Positions 16,993 to 26,666 of a DNA stretch of 36,983 bases are shown here, piece by piece. Both the position numbers and the translations under genes were made by a program. Location of the stretch: the IMG/VR virus record IMGVR_UViG_3300028920_001939; one strand, 5' to 3'. The notes beneath the pieces are model-generated. The model worked only from the letters and a program-made list of their open reading frames with translations. It was not told the DNA's origin and made no database searches. The DNA comes from a virus (lineage: Duplodnaviria > Heunggongvirae > Uroviricota > Caudoviricetes). The stretch's first letter is position 1; each line of letters begins with the position of its first letter.

Positions 16993-17975
16993 CCGGCGGC
17001 GCAGGTTTCATAGGTTCACACCTCGCTGATTTGCTAATCAAGAAAGGACACGAAGTAATAGTTATCGATAATATGGTAACTGGTCGACCTGAAAATATAA
17101 AACAACACATCAATAACAACAATTTTATTTTACACCCACTTGACATAACTGATTTCAGAAAAAGATTTCAGATGGTAAAAGAAATCTTCTCTGGAGCTGA
17201 TTGGGTATTTCATCTCGCCGCTCTTGCTGATATTGTGCCTTCTATAGAAAATCCTGTAAAATATCATAAAGCAAATGTTGATGGAACAATTAATATGCTT
17301 GATTGCGCTAAAGAAACACATGTAAAAAAATTCATCTATATGGCTTCATCATCTTGTTACGGCATTCCTGATATCTATCCTACACCTGAAACAGCACCCA
17401 TACAACCTATGTATCCATACGCTTTAACCAAATACCTCGGCGAATACATATCATTACACTATCATAAAGTTTACAATCTACCTGTAAATTCTATACGTTG
17501 TTTCAACGTCTACGGTCCCAGAGCAAGAACCTCTGGCGCTTACGGCGCCGTATTCGGTGTGTTCCTCGCACAGAAACTACACAACAAACCCTTTACAGTT
17601 ATAGGCGATGGTAATCAAACCCGTGATTTCACTTATGTAACAGATGTAACTGAAGCACTTTATGAAACTGCAAAATCAAAGTTTGCAGGAGAAATCATAA
17701 ACATAGGTAGTGGCGAAACACACTCTGTAAATGAAATAGTAGAACTACTCGGCGGTGATAAGATACACATTCCAAAACGACCAGGCGAACCAGATATAAC
17801 ACACGCCGACATCACCAAAGCAAAACGATTCTTAAACTACAAACCTAAAGTATCATTCGAAGAAGGTATAAAACAACTCTTGAAGAATACCAATCACTGG
17901 AAGAATGCACCTATTTGGACACCTAAAACTATTGCGAAAGCAACAAGGTCGTGGTATAAATATATAAAAGATTAA
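16974..17975 (+). CDS. NAD-dependent NDP-sugar epimerase/dehydratase (extended SDR)
   Basis: TGGAGFIGSH, HLAALA, YALTK, RCFNVYGPR, RDFTYV. Confidence 0.93.
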   Translation: MERCVLTGGAGFIGSHLADLLIKKGHEVIVIDNMVTGRPENIKQHINNNNFILHPLDITDFRKRFQMVKEIFSGADWVFHLAALADIVPSIENPVKYHKANVDGTINMLDCAKETHVKKFIYMASSSCYGIPDIYPTPETAPIQPMYPYALTKYLGEYISLHYHKVYNLPVNSIRCFNVYGPRARTSGAYGAVFGVFLAQKLHNKPFTVIGDGNQTRDFTYVTDVTEALYETAKSKFAGEIINIGSGETHSVNEIVELLGGDKIHIPKRPGEPDITHADITKAKRFLNYKPKVSFEEGIKQLLKNTNHWKNAPIWTPKTIAKATRSWYKYIKD

Positions 17976-18511
17976 CACAAGAAGAACTAAAACATTTCAA
18001 ATCACCATTCATAGTAAACGAAGAAAGATTAATAGAAGCAGTAGGTATGTTGAAATACAACAACTACAAAGTTGGTTTATGTTGTGGCACCTTTGATCTA
18101 TTACACCCTGGACATATAATACATCTTAATTCTGCAAACAAACTATGTGATAGACTTATTGTTGGCGTTGCTTCTGATATGCAAGTAAGAAGAAGAAAAG
18201 GTTACGGTCGGCCCATCTTTCAACAAGAGTTACGAATGTATCAAATAGCAAATCTGAATATATATCCATTAGTAACATTAAACGAATATCAAACCGCTGT
18301 GTATCTTATCAATAAGATAGAACCAGACATATACATAAAAGGTATAGAATACAAAACAAAAACAACACACGGCATTACTTCTGAAAAAGAAGCAATCAAA
18401 TCTGTCGGCGGCGAAATAAAATACACTAACGATCCAGTATTATCAAGTAGTAAAGTTTTAAACTGTATCTACAAGGATATGATAAACAACAAAGCATTAA
18501 GTGGGATATGA
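17960..18511 (+). CDS. HxGH-type nucleotidyltransferase (RfaE/HldE domain II or cytidylyltransferase-like); start uncertain (ATA 17960 or ATG 18047)
   Basis: GTFDLLHPGH, LIVGVASD, PDIYIKG, SSS tail; frame open upstream of the track ATG. Confidence 0.85.
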   Translation: MYKRLTQEELKHFKSPFIVNEERLIEAVGMLKYNNYKVGLCCGTFDLLHPGHIIHLNSANKLCDRLIVGVASDMQVRRRKGYGRPIFQQELRMYQIANLNIYPLVTLNEYQTAVYLINKIEPDIYIKGIEYKTKTTHGITSEKEAIKSVGGEIKYTNDPVLSSSKVLNCIYKDMINNKALSGI

Positions 18512-18517
18512 TATAAT

Positions 18518-19057
18518 ATGGATTTAATAATACTCGATAGAGATGGGACACTAATCCCAGATGAATTCTACAAAAACTGCAACAGAGAAAACTGGCACCA
18601 CATTATGCCAATCAATCACAAACTCATAAAACTAATCAAGAGAAATTTCAAAGATTACATATGCTTCATAGTAACAAATCAAGCACCCGTTGCTTTAGGT
18701 CTATACACCGAATCAAGAGTAAAAGAGATAAACAACTTTCTAATTACCTATCTCAAAAACGAATGCATAAATGTAATCGACCATAACTACTGCCCACACG
18801 TTGATATCAATTGGGCAACAGATACAGGCACTCCCGTAAACGTAAACTATGTAAGAGATTTCACAAACAGAAAGCCCTCACCAACAATGGTTTATCAATT
18901 ACTCAAGAAACACAACTACACAATAAAAGCATTTGATAAGATATACGTCTTTGGCGACCGCCACGAAGATAAAGAGTTAGCAATCAATCTAAGCGCAAAA
19001 TACATTGCGATGGATTTCGACACACCATATTCAGAATTAGAGAATAAGATAAAATGA
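18518..19057 (+). CDS. HAD-IIIA phosphatase (GmhB/HisB-like)
   Basis: LDRDGTL, VTNQ, CPH, RKPSPTM, GDRHED motifs. Confidence 0.85.
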   Translation: MDLIILDRDGTLIPDEFYKNCNRENWHHIMPINHKLIKLIKRNFKDYICFIVTNQAPVALGLYTESRVKEINNFLITYLKNECINVIDHNYCPHVDINWATDTGTPVNVNYVRDFTNRKPSPTMVYQLLKKHNYTIKAFDKIYVFGDRHEDKELAINLSAKYIAMDFDTPYSELENKIK

Positions 19058-20046
19058 AAATAGAACCCATACTTAAAACATTGAAATCATTACGAAATCT
19101 AAAAGTGTTAGTGATAGGCGAAACTATCATTGATGAATACATTTTCTGTAAAGCGATGGGACGACCTGAAAAAGCCGCAACAGTATCAACAAAATTCTTA
19201 TCGAAAGAACAATACGTTGGCGGTTGCTTAGCAGTAGCAAATCACGTTTCTGGTTTTGTAAAGCAAGTTGATGTTATAACAGTAGCAGGTAAAAATCCCG
19301 AATGGAAACTTTTTATAAACAGTAAAATAAATCAAAACGTAAAAACATTATTCTTTGATAACAACAAATCACCAACAATCATAAAAACACGATTTCTTGA
19401 AGATTGGAATAAAGCAAAACTTTTTGAGGTATCAATAATCGACGATAAACCTCTACCACCCGAAGTTGAGAAAACTATAGTAACTTTTCTCCAATACGAA
19501 CTACAAGATTACGATTTAGTAATCATCACCGACTTCGGACACGGACTTTTCACACAAAATATTCGTGATACAATATCAAAATACGCAAAATACATATGCG
19601 TAAACGCACAAACCAATTCTGCCAATCACGGATTCAACTTAATCACGAAATATACCGGTGTTCAATTTATTTCCCTTGACGAACAAGAAATTCGTTTGCC
19701 CTATTGTAGCAAGTATGGAGATCTACTTGAACTGATACATACACTATCTGTTGATACTACCTGTAATAAAATAAATGTAACGCTTGGCTCAAATGGAATA
19801 ATTTATTATCAAGATAAAAAAACGTATCAGGTGCCGGTATTTAACTCGAAACCAGTAGATACTGTGGGTGCTGGAGATGCAGTTTTATCAATTTCATCAT
19901 TATTGGCATACAAAAATACAAACCCAGAAATAATACCATTCGTCGGCAACGCTGTTGGCTACCTCGCAACACAATATTTAGGTAATAAAGAATCAATAAA
20001 CTATAAATTATTATCAAAAACATTAAAGGAGGTATGTAATGACTAA
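19054..20046 (+). CDS. PfkB-family sugar kinase (RfaE/HldE domain I-like)
   Basis: VLVIGETIIDEY, DFGHG, VTLGSNG, VDTVGAGD. Confidence 0.9.
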   Translation: MKIEPILKTLKSLRNLKVLVIGETIIDEYIFCKAMGRPEKAATVSTKFLSKEQYVGGCLAVANHVSGFVKQVDVITVAGKNPEWKLFINSKINQNVKTLFFDNNKSPTIIKTRFLEDWNKAKLFEVSIIDDKPLPPEVEKTIVTFLQYELQDYDLVIITDFGHGLFTQNIRDTISKYAKYICVNAQTNSANHGFNLITKYTGVQFISLDEQEIRLPYCSKYGDLLELIHTLSVDTTCNKINVTLGSNGIIYYQDKKTYQVPVFNSKPVDTVGAGDAVLSISSLLAYKNTNPEIIPFVGNAVGYLATQYLGNKESINYKLLSKTLKEVCND

Positions 20047-20605
20047 TAATTTCATTAAAAATTATAAAATAAACCTGATAAGCACTTTAAACAAAATCAA
20101 TGATAATGCCATATTACAATTATCAAATATGTTAATTAACGCAAGAAACAAATACAAAACAATCTTCATTATGGGCAACGGCGGTTCAGCCGCCACCGCT
20201 TCACACTTCGTTGGTGATTTATCAAAAGGCGCACTTGTTGAAAACAAGCCACGATTCAAAGCTATCGGCTTAACTGATAACATACCCAACATTACACAAT
20301 GGGGTAACGATATCAATTACGAATCAATATTCGTTGAGCAACTAAAAAACTTACTTGAAATAGATGATATCGTAATCGGTATCAGCGGTAGTGGCGAATC
20401 AAAGAATGTGATAAACGCAATCAAATACGCAAACTCAATAGGCGCTTACACAATAAGCATAACAGGTTATTCTGAAGATAACACACTAAACAAAATATCA
20501 AAATATCATATACACATACCCTGCGATACAATGCAAGTGGTAGAAGATTTGCATATGATAATAGAACATATGATAACATTAATGATACACGAGGAGAAGA
20601 AATGA
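20039..20605 (+). CDS. SIS-domain phosphosugar isomerase (GmhA-like)
   Basis: GNGGSAATASHF, GISGSGESKNV, QVVEDLH. Confidence 0.9.
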   Translation: MTNNFIKNYKINLISTLNKINDNAILQLSNMLINARNKYKTIFIMGNGGSAATASHFVGDLSKGALVENKPRFKAIGLTDNIPNITQWGNDINYESIFVEQLKNLLEIDDIVIGISGSGESKNVINAIKYANSIGAYTISITGYSEDNTLNKISKYHIHIPCDTMQVVEDLHMIIEHMITLMIHEEKK

Positions 20606-21366
20606 TAAGGTATAAACTTTATTTGCATTACTTGAGATTAAAGCATATAAGAGGTAATAAAAATAAGGTTAACTTTCTTAATAGAAATTGGGATTACGCA
20701 ATCGTTCTTGATGCTTGCCGTTATGATACATTCAAAGAGTTATATGAAAGTGATAGATACAAAGATATAGGAATATATGGCAAACTATCAAAGATGATAT
20801 CTCCCGCTTCACATACGATTGATTGGATAAAATATTGTATGAAAGAAGAACATAAAGATATGATTCTATTAACTACAAGTCCTCATTTCGATCCTTCGAG
20901 ATTGAAGAAATATAAAGTAAAGAATTGTTTTTATAAGATAAAACACCTTTGGAAAAATTACTATAATGAAAAACTTGGTGTTGTACACCCTGAAAGTATG
21001 ATTGATGCATTCAATATCACTAAAATGAGATATCCTGATAAAAGAATCATTTTATGGTTTATGCAACCTCATAGACCTTACATTATCAATAAAGAAAAAT
21101 CCTGGACAGATTATCATAAACTTAAAGATACAAACGCAGAAGAAATAAATTATGAAGATATAGAAAAAAGTTACGAAGCGTATGTTGATAATTTATATCT
21201 TGTTATGAAAGTTATCAAAAATATAATTCCTAAGATGAAAGGAAAAGTAATCATTACATCTGACCACGGTAACCTTTTTGGAAAATATAATGTTTTCTTA
21301 CACCCAAGAATGTTACGAGTTCCTGAATTAGTAGAAGTTCCTTATCTGGAGGTTGATAACAATTAA
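20602..21366 (+). CDS. Alkaline phosphatase/sulfatase-superfamily core protein
   Basis: IVLDACRYD, FMQPHRPY, ITSDHG, VPYL motifs. Confidence 0.8.
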   Translation: MIRYKLYLHYLRLKHIRGNKNKVNFLNRNWDYAIVLDACRYDTFKELYESDRYKDIGIYGKLSKMISPASHTIDWIKYCMKEEHKDMILLTTSPHFDPSRLKKYKVKNCFYKIKHLWKNYYNEKLGVVHPESMIDAFNITKMRYPDKRIILWFMQPHRPYIINKEKSWTDYHKLKDTNAEEINYEDIEKSYEAYVDNLYLVMKVIKNIIPKMKGKVIITSDHGNLFGKYNVFLHPRMLRVPELVEVPYLEVDNN

Positions 21367-22003
21367 ATCATTTCTATTCAAATTGTTTTATCCATTATAT
21401 CTACAATATTGTAAAATTAAATACATTCAAGGAAATGTAGAGTTAAATAGAAAAACACATTTGTTACTCTATAAAAACTCAAGAATTATATCAAATGGCA
21501 ATCTTAAAATAGGTATTGATTACTCGAAATACGGCGGTTCAGGAATTGACCCACGAAAAGATAACTGTAGAATACATCTTAAAAATTCAACATTATACAC
21601 AATAGGCAACGTAAGTATAAAACCATCTGTTAAGATAATAGGTTACAATTGTGATATTGAAATAGATGATGGAACACAAATAAACTACGGCACCGAAATA
21701 ATCTGTAGTAAAAGAATAACAATAGGTAAGAATTGCCGTATTGCACCTAATGTAGTTATTCGTGATTCAGATGCTCACAAACATTCTTATGGAAAAGAAA
21801 AACCCAAAACATCAATCAAAACTATTCATATCAAAGATAACGTGTGGCTCGGTCAGCAATCAATGATACTCAAAGGTGTAACAATCGGAAAAGGTTCTGT
21901 AGTTGCACCTAAATCAGTTGTAACTAAAGATGTTGAACCGCACACACTCGTCGGCGGGATACCAGCTAAAAAATTAAGAGATAATATAAAGTGGGAGATA
22001 TGA
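21353..22003 (+). CDS. Left-handed beta-helix acyltransferase
   Basis: Hexapeptide repeats; ITIGKNCRIA, DSDAH, VWLG...ILKGVTIG, VGGIPAK. Confidence 0.9.
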   Translation: MITIKSFLFKLFYPLYLQYCKIKYIQGNVELNRKTHLLLYKNSRIISNGNLKIGIDYSKYGGSGIDPRKDNCRIHLKNSTLYTIGNVSIKPSVKIIGYNCDIEIDDGTQINYGTEIICSKRITIGKNCRIAPNVVIRDSDAHKHSYGKEKPKTSIKTIHIKDNVWLGQQSMILKGVTIGKGSVVAPKSVVTKDVEPHTLVGGIPAKKLRDNIKWEI

Positions 22004-22593
22004 TATACAAATATAAAAAAAGTATAATGAAACACCGTTGGAGATACGGACGTATATCTGATAAGTTTTTACAAATTATATTTGGTTATAAGTATCATAT
22101 GCGACCTTTTAATTTACAACTTTTGTATCTAAAAAATCTTGTTGGTGTTGAAATAGGCACCCGTGAAGGTTTCAATGCTCGTGTAATGTTAGATACTTTA
22201 GATATCAAAAAACTCTATCTTATTGATCCTTATTTTTACTATGATGACTTAAAAGAAAAATATGATAATCTTGAGAATAGTATAAACGTAGCAAAAAGAA
22301 GATTGTATAAGTATAGAGATAAAATCATATTTGTAAAGAAAAAATCAGAGGACGCAAAAAATGATATACCCGACAATCTCGATTTCGTTTACATAGATGG
22401 CAACCATTCATATCAATATGTTAAGAAAGATATCGAACTATACTATCCAAAAGTAAAAGAAGGCGGTTTACTTGCTGGTCATGATTTTCAAGCATCAAGG
22501 ATAAATGATGTGTGTCTTGCTGTAACTGAATTCTCCCAAAAACATAACATAAAACTAAACGGATTAGATAGGGATTGGTGGTTCATAAAATGA
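22000..22593 (+). CDS. Class I SAM-dependent methyltransferase (Methyltransf_24-like)
   Basis: GVEIGTREG, LIDPY, DFVYIDGNH, GGLLAGHD. Confidence 0.88.
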   Translation: MIYKYKKSIMKHRWRYGRISDKFLQIIFGYKYHMRPFNLQLLYLKNLVGVEIGTREGFNARVMLDTLDIKKLYLIDPYFYYDDLKEKYDNLENSINVAKRRLYKYRDKIIFVKKKSEDAKNDIPDNLDFVYIDGNHSYQYVKKDIELYYPKVKEGGLLAGHDFQASRINDVCLAVTEFSQKHNIKLNGLDRDWWFIK

Positions 22594-22985
22594 AAGTAAC
22601 AAACAACTTCACAAAAAGAAAACGATTCTTTTACTGGCTATTCAGAAGATTCTATTTCTACTTGACAGGTTTAAATCCCAACATCTACATACACAACTTT
22701 CACCACACACATATAGGCAACAACACACGAATCGCTTCAGGCGTCGCAATCATCTCATCTAATCACAACAATTACAACGTATCAATACAAGATGAACACA
22801 AAGATATCAATATAGGTAAAAACTGTATGCTCGGATGCAACGCTGTAATCTTACCCGGCGTAACACTTGGCAATAACACAATCGTCGGTGCTAACTCTGT
22901 TGTAACTAAATCATTTCCAAAAGGTTACTGTGTAATAGTAGGTAACCCCGCAAAGAAAGTTAAAGATTTAAAGGAGAAAAAATGA
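22590..22985 (+). CDS. Left-handed beta-helix acyltransferase
   Basis: INIGKNCMLGCNAVILPGVTLG, VGNPAK. Confidence 0.88.
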   Translation: MKVTNNFTKRKRFFYWLFRRFYFYLTGLNPNIYIHNFHHTHIGNNTRIASGVAIISSNHNNYNVSIQDEHKDINIGKNCMLGCNAVILPGVTLGNNTIVGANSVVTKSFPKGYCVIVGNPAKKVKDLKEKK

Positions 22986-23710
22986 ATTTAAAACATATCA
23001 AAGATAGTATTGATAGAAACACAATAAGAATTCTTTATAAAAAACAAATGAATAAATCTTCAGAAAGAATAAGAGAGTTACGAATAAAACATTTAGGTGA
23101 AAGAGTATTCATATTAGGCAACGGTCCCTCTTTGAACGAAACTGATTTCTCACTTATCAAAAACGAAACATTCTTTGCCGCAAATGCTTTCTATAAAGGT
23201 ATGAAAAATTTTAATATAAAACCCCAATACTGGGCAATCGGTGATGGCGGAATATTTGATAACCATTACAAGAAAGTTATGAAACTCAACACAAATCTAT
23301 TCTTAACACATCAAGCACTATATAATTATTTAACTTGTCCTGTATATAAAAAGAAAGAACCTTACCTTATAGAAACAATAGGTAAGATAAAAAATAAAAC
23401 AAATTTCAGTTTCGACATATCAAAAGGCATTTATATCGGTGGCGGTATAATTCCCATTATGATACAAATATCATTTTATCTTGGATTTAAAGAAATGTAT
23501 CTTTTAGGTTGTGATTGTGGGAGCAAAGGAAAACCCTCCCATCACTTTTATAAAAGCAACAGAAAACCCCGAGATGATTATTCTGAAATATTCGAAATAT
23601 ATGAAATTTGTAAATACGCACTTAACTTTTGCGGTAGAAGAATATACAACGCAACAGTTGGTGGCAATCTTGAAGTATTCCCAAGAGTGAAGTTGGAGGA
23701 TATTGTATGA
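22982..23710 (+). CDS. DUF115/Maf/GT42-like protein, putative CMP-sugar-acid transferase
   Basis: FILGNGPSL, FAAN, QISFYLGFKEMYLLGCD, HHFY, YNAT; resembles the GNGPS...LGYKEIYLxGxD layout of CstII-type sialyltransferases. Confidence 0.7.
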   Translation: MNLKHIKDSIDRNTIRILYKKQMNKSSERIRELRIKHLGERVFILGNGPSLNETDFSLIKNETFFAANAFYKGMKNFNIKPQYWAIGDGGIFDNHYKKVMKLNTNLFLTHQALYNYLTCPVYKKKEPYLIETIGKIKNKTNFSFDISKGIYIGGGIIPIMIQISFYLGFKEMYLLGCDCGSKGKPSHHFYKSNRKPRDDYSEIFEIYEICKYALNFCGRRIYNATVGGNLEVFPRVKLEDIV

Positions 23711-24543
23711 AACCATATACAGTAGGTGAGATAGGCATTAACCATAACGGTTCTTTAGAGTTAGCAAAACTTATGATAGATTACGCTAAGTTACATAAAA
23801 TTAACGCTGTTAAGTTTCAGAAACGAAATCCTAAAGAATGTGTTCCGAAAGATCAATGGGATATATACAAAGACACACCCTTCGGTGAAATGAAATACAT
23901 AGATTACAAAGAAAGAATCGAATTCGGTGGAAGAGAATACGACGAAATAGATTCATATTGTAAACAAAAGAATATCAGTTGGTTCACTTCTGTTTGGGAT
24001 AAAACAAGTTTCAAGTTCATAGCAGATTTCTATAATACACCTTTTATAAAGATACCTTCTGCTTGTATAACAGATATTGATTTACTTAAATGTGTTTCAG
24101 AATATGATATTCCAGTTATTTTATCAACAGGCATGACAACGCAAAAAGAAATTGATAACGCACTAAAGATAGTTGGAGATAAAGTAAAATATATCTTACA
24201 TTGTGTATCATCTTATCCTACGCCAGATAACGAAATGAATATGCTAAAACTCAAAACATTACAAGAGAAATACGGCGATGATTACAAGATAGGTTTCTCA
24301 AATCATTCTGTAAAACTAATCTACACGATACAAGCATATATAATGGGAGCCGAAATGTTAGAGTTCCATATAACACTCGACCGAAGTTTTAAAGGCACCG
24401 ACCACAAATCAAGTATAGGTCCACGTGGTCTTGAAGTTTTGATGAATCATATTGATTCTGTAGAAAGCGGTTGGGGTAACGGTGAATTACAATATCAAGA
24501 TTCAGAATTACCTATTATAAGAAAATTGAGGAAAATAAAATGA
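23707..24543 (+). CDS. NeuB-family (PEP-dependent) nonulosonate-type synthase, short form without C-terminal SAF/antifreeze domain
   Basis: EIGINHNG, KFQKR, LHCVSSYP, GFSNHS, EFHITLD...GTDH. Confidence 0.92.
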   Translation: MKPYTVGEIGINHNGSLELAKLMIDYAKLHKINAVKFQKRNPKECVPKDQWDIYKDTPFGEMKYIDYKERIEFGGREYDEIDSYCKQKNISWFTSVWDKTSFKFIADFYNTPFIKIPSACITDIDLLKCVSEYDIPVILSTGMTTQKEIDNALKIVGDKVKYILHCVSSYPTPDNEMNMLKLKTLQEKYGDDYKIGFSNHSVKLIYTIQAYIMGAEMLEFHITLDRSFKGTDHKSSIGPRGLEVLMNHIDSVESGWGNGELQYQDSELPIIRKLRKIK

Positions 24544-25226
24544 ATAGAGATATACTCTTGTTAGGTATGGCAAGAGAAAGTAGCACCCGCTGTCCTAATA
24601 AAATGATACGCAAGTTTGATAATACTACATTATTTGATATCTATCTAAAAAAATTAGAACATATAAAAGATATATCAGGTAACGATATATTTTCTAATAT
24701 AGTTATTGCTGTTAGTCCTGAAGATAAAAAGTTATATGAGATATCAAAAAGATATAATGTTGATATAGAAGATAGAAATAAGATTTCTATTAGACAAGGA
24801 GCAGTATTAGGTGAAATATTTAATTATCTAAATAAGTATGATGAAGAATATGTTATGTGGGTAAATGGGTGCTTTCCATTTCTAGAACCAGAAACAATCG
24901 CTTCTGTAGGTAATTTTTTTAGAGTTGCCTATACTATGAAAAGTTTGCATTGTATCAAAAGAAGAAAGAACTGGTTCTGGCGTTATAACAAACCAATAAA
25001 TATCAAAAGTGGTTCGCATTCAAAGACACAAGATTCTTTGCCTATATATGAATCAGTCCATTGCTTTCATATTTTCAACAGAGAATATCTATTAGATAAT
25101 TGCGCTTATTGGGATTTCACTAAAAACAATCCCTTCTTATACAAAGTTGAAGAAGGTAAAGAGTTTCTTGATATTGATACTGAATTAGATTTCGAGATAT
25201 GTGAGAAATTATGGGAATCGAAGTGA
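24540..25226 (+). CDS. NeuA/KdsB-family CMP-sugar-acid synthetase
   Basis: ARESSTRCPNKM (ARxxSxRxxxK loop), LDIDTELDF. Confidence 0.85.
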   Translation: MNRDILLLGMARESSTRCPNKMIRKFDNTTLFDIYLKKLEHIKDISGNDIFSNIVIAVSPEDKKLYEISKRYNVDIEDRNKISIRQGAVLGEIFNYLNKYDEEYVMWVNGCFPFLEPETIASVGNFFRVAYTMKSLHCIKRRKNWFWRYNKPINIKSGSHSKTQDSLPIYESVHCFHIFNREYLLDNCAYWDFTKNNPFLYKVEEGKEFLDIDTELDFEICEKLWESK

Positions 25227-25522
25227 TATTAGAATGGCTGGAAAAGAAATTCATAGGAGCACCGAAATACAATCTACTACCAGAAGCAGTAGAACATGGT
25301 TTAGACAAATCATTTTTGGCCCAGATTATAAGATGCGAAAGTACACACTTCTTATCCTCTGCAGTTTCGGGTTGGTTAGTATTCTCATTGATTTGGATCA
25401 TTTTATCATACAACAAACCCAAATGTTACGACCCTTACATATTCCGATTTTCGTTTTTGTGTGGATTGTGTGCATCAGTTACGGTGCATATCTTTATAGA
25501 TGGATTCACAAGAATAGCATAA
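25211..25522 (+). CDS. Hypothetical 2-TM membrane protein
   Basis: Fits operon spacing (stop 25522 followed by GGAGGT and next ATG); overlapping frame also open. Confidence 0.5.
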   Translation: MGIEVILEWLEKKFIGAPKYNLLPEAVEHGLDKSFLAQIIRCESTHFLSSAVSGWLVFSLIWIILSYNKPKCYDPYIFRFSFLCGLCASVTVHIFIDGFTRIA

Positions 25523-25534
25523 AGGAGGTAAAAA

Positions 25535-25951
25535 ATGAGAACAAAAAATGTTAGACATGTAGGTATGTTTACAGATAAACCCGAAGAAATGATAAATTTC
25601 TACATACAAGTTTTGGGTTTTAAGAAAGTGTGGGACGAAAAAGAGAATGTGAAAGAGATAACAGGTTTAGATCTAAATCTTCGCACTATCAAACTATCTT
25701 CTGATAACGGCAGCCAAATAGAACTTTTAGTCCCAGAAACGAAGTTAGAAAATAGAAGGCAAAACTATGATAGTGGCGGTATAACACACATCGCATTAAC
25801 TGTTATAGATATGGAAGAGATATACAACAAGTGTATTGAATTCGATATTGAAATGCTAACGGGAGAATATTATACTCAAGAATCTGGTAGAAATATATTC
25901 TTTGTAAAAGATCCAGATGGCAATATTCTTGAATTAGTAGAAGATCCATAG
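25535..25951 (+). CDS. VOC/glyoxalase superfamily protein (methylmalonyl-CoA epimerase-like fold)
   Basis: RHVGM, FYIQVLGF, IELL, THIALTV, FVKDPDGNILELVE. Confidence 0.9.
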   Translation: MRTKNVRHVGMFTDKPEEMINFYIQVLGFKKVWDEKENVKEITGLDLNLRTIKLSSDNGSQIELLVPETKLENRRQNYDSGGITHIALTVIDMEEIYNKCIEFDIEMLTGEYYTQESGRNIFFVKDPDGNILELVEDP

Positions 25952-25961
25952 GAGTGAAAAT

Positions 25962-26666
25962 ATGTTTGAAGTAGAAAATAAAGTAATAATAGTAACAGGC
26001 GGAAGTGGCGGACTTGGTAGTGCTATATGTGAAGCACTCTATGATTTAGGTGCTGTTGTGTATAATATTGATATTACAGAACCGAAGAATAAAGATATAG
26101 CGTTTATCAAAACAGATTTAACTAAACACAAGGATTTAATCAATGTGATTAATGTAGTTAATTCAAAACATAAAAAAATTGATGGTCTTGTCAATTGCGC
26201 CGCAATAACAGGTAAACCTTGGGAAGATGTAATAGCAGTTAATCTTACAGCACCCTACAAACTGATAACACTTGTAACTGATTATATGAAAGAAAGAAAG
26301 ATGAAAGGTTCTATTGTAAACATAGGCAGTTTAAACGCAATTGTAGCATTACCTAATAACCCTATGTATATCGCATCAAAAGGTGGAATAGCCGCAATGA
26401 CACGTTCCTTTGCTGTTGATTTAGCAAAGTATGGTATTCGTGTGAATTGTGTACACCCAGGATATTTTGAAACACAAATGAATGCAATATCAATGGCTAA
26501 TCCTGAACTAAGAGCAAAGAGAACCGAAAGAATAGCACTTGGTCGTTGGGGTAAACCAAAAGAAATCGCACCACCAGTTATCTTTTTGTTATCAGATTCA
26601 GCATCATATGTAACAGGTGCCGAATTAAGAGTAGATGGTGGTTGGACAATAAAGGGATTGAGTTAA
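25962..26666 (+). CDS. Classical SDR oxidoreductase
   Basis: VTGGSGGLG, LVNCAA, YIASKGG, RVNCVHPG, VTGAELRVDGG. Confidence 0.92.
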   Translation: MFEVENKVIIVTGGSGGLGSAICEALYDLGAVVYNIDITEPKNKDIAFIKTDLTKHKDLINVINVVNSKHKKIDGLVNCAAITGKPWEDVIAVNLTAPYKLITLVTDYMKERKMKGSIVNIGSLNAIVALPNNPMYIASKGGIAAMTRSFAVDLAKYGIRVNCVHPGYFETQMNAISMANPELRAKRTERIALGRWGKPKEIAPPVIFLLSDSASYVTGAELRVDGGWTIKGLS

